From NCBI RefSeq assembly GCF_009914755.1, contig NC_060929.1: a stretch of DNA of 64,000 nucleotides; one strand, written 5' to 3'. Below the pieces are notes generated by a model. It made no database searches. It had not been told where the DNA came from and saw only the letters and a program-made list of their open reading frames with translations. The position numbers were made by a program, and so were the translations under genes. Shown here in pieces: positions 63,552-64,000 of the stretch; positions within the stretch are counted from its first letter, which is position 1, and the number at the start of each line of letters is the position of its first letter. This stretch comes from the human T2T-CHM13v2.0 reference genome, Homo sapiens.

Positions 63552-64000
63552 TTACATTTTGGCATGATTTTGCAGCGGCTGGTACCGGTTGTTCCTTTCC
63601 ATGTTTAGTGCTTCCTTCAGGAGCTCTTGTAAGGCAGGCCTGGTGGTGACAAAATCTCTCAGCATTTGCTTGTCTGTAAAGTATTTTATTTCTCCTTCAC
63701 TTATGAAGCTTAGTTTGGCTGGATATGAAATTCTGGGTTGAAAATTCTTTTCTTTAAGAATGTTGAATATTGGCCCCCCAATATTGGCCCCCACTCTCTT
63801 CTGGCTTGTAGGGTTTCTGCCAAGAGATCCGCTGTTAGCCTGATGGGCTTCCCTTTGAGGGTAACCCGACCTTTCTCTCTGGCTGCCCTTAACATTTTTT
63901 CCTTCATTTCATCTTTGGTGAATCTGACAATTATGCGTCTTGGAGTTGCTCTTCTCGAGGAGTATCTTTGTGGCGTTCTCTGTATTTCCTGAATCTGAAC
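63552..64000 (-). pseudogene. Disrupted L1 ORF1p C-terminal portion
   Basis: MKEKMLRAAREKGRVTLKGKPIRLTADL...QPRISYPAKLSF...QNHAKM*; frameshifted by a 14-bp tandem duplication at 63766-63793. Confidence 0.95.

Overview
AT-rich primate genomic DNA, probably human because the young L1 carries pre-Ta L1HS diagnostic bases. It is intergenic or deep intronic. I find no host protein-coding exon, RNA gene, CpG island or prokaryotic/CRISPR feature. The only credible long ORFs are disrupted ORF1/ORF2 pieces of a young minus-strand L1 (59435 to window end). The rest is layered transposon debris: an MLT2A2 solo LTR, a complete THE1D/MSTA-type MaLR, a near full-length L1MA8/9, L1MB, an ancient ERVL provirus, three Alus, MIR/L2/L3 relics and microsatellites. 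Subfamily names are from recalled consensus sequences, not a database search. What repeat annotation does not explain is a set of locally templated rearrangements. (1) A ~935-bp insert at 47360-48295, flanked by a perfect 15-bp duplication at a TTTT/AA site, is built from inverted copies of 44701-45183 and 51766-52240. (2) A TA-rich tract at 10.2-11.2 kb is patched with a 61-bp fold-back arm, a polyadenylated cDNA fragment and a 111-bp copy of nearby DNA. (3) A tiny L1 has two tails and an apparent 20-bp 3' transduction. (4) The young L1 is a mosaic of young and old sequence. I see no evidence for a new gene system; the best novelty candidates are these repair or retrotransposition scars.
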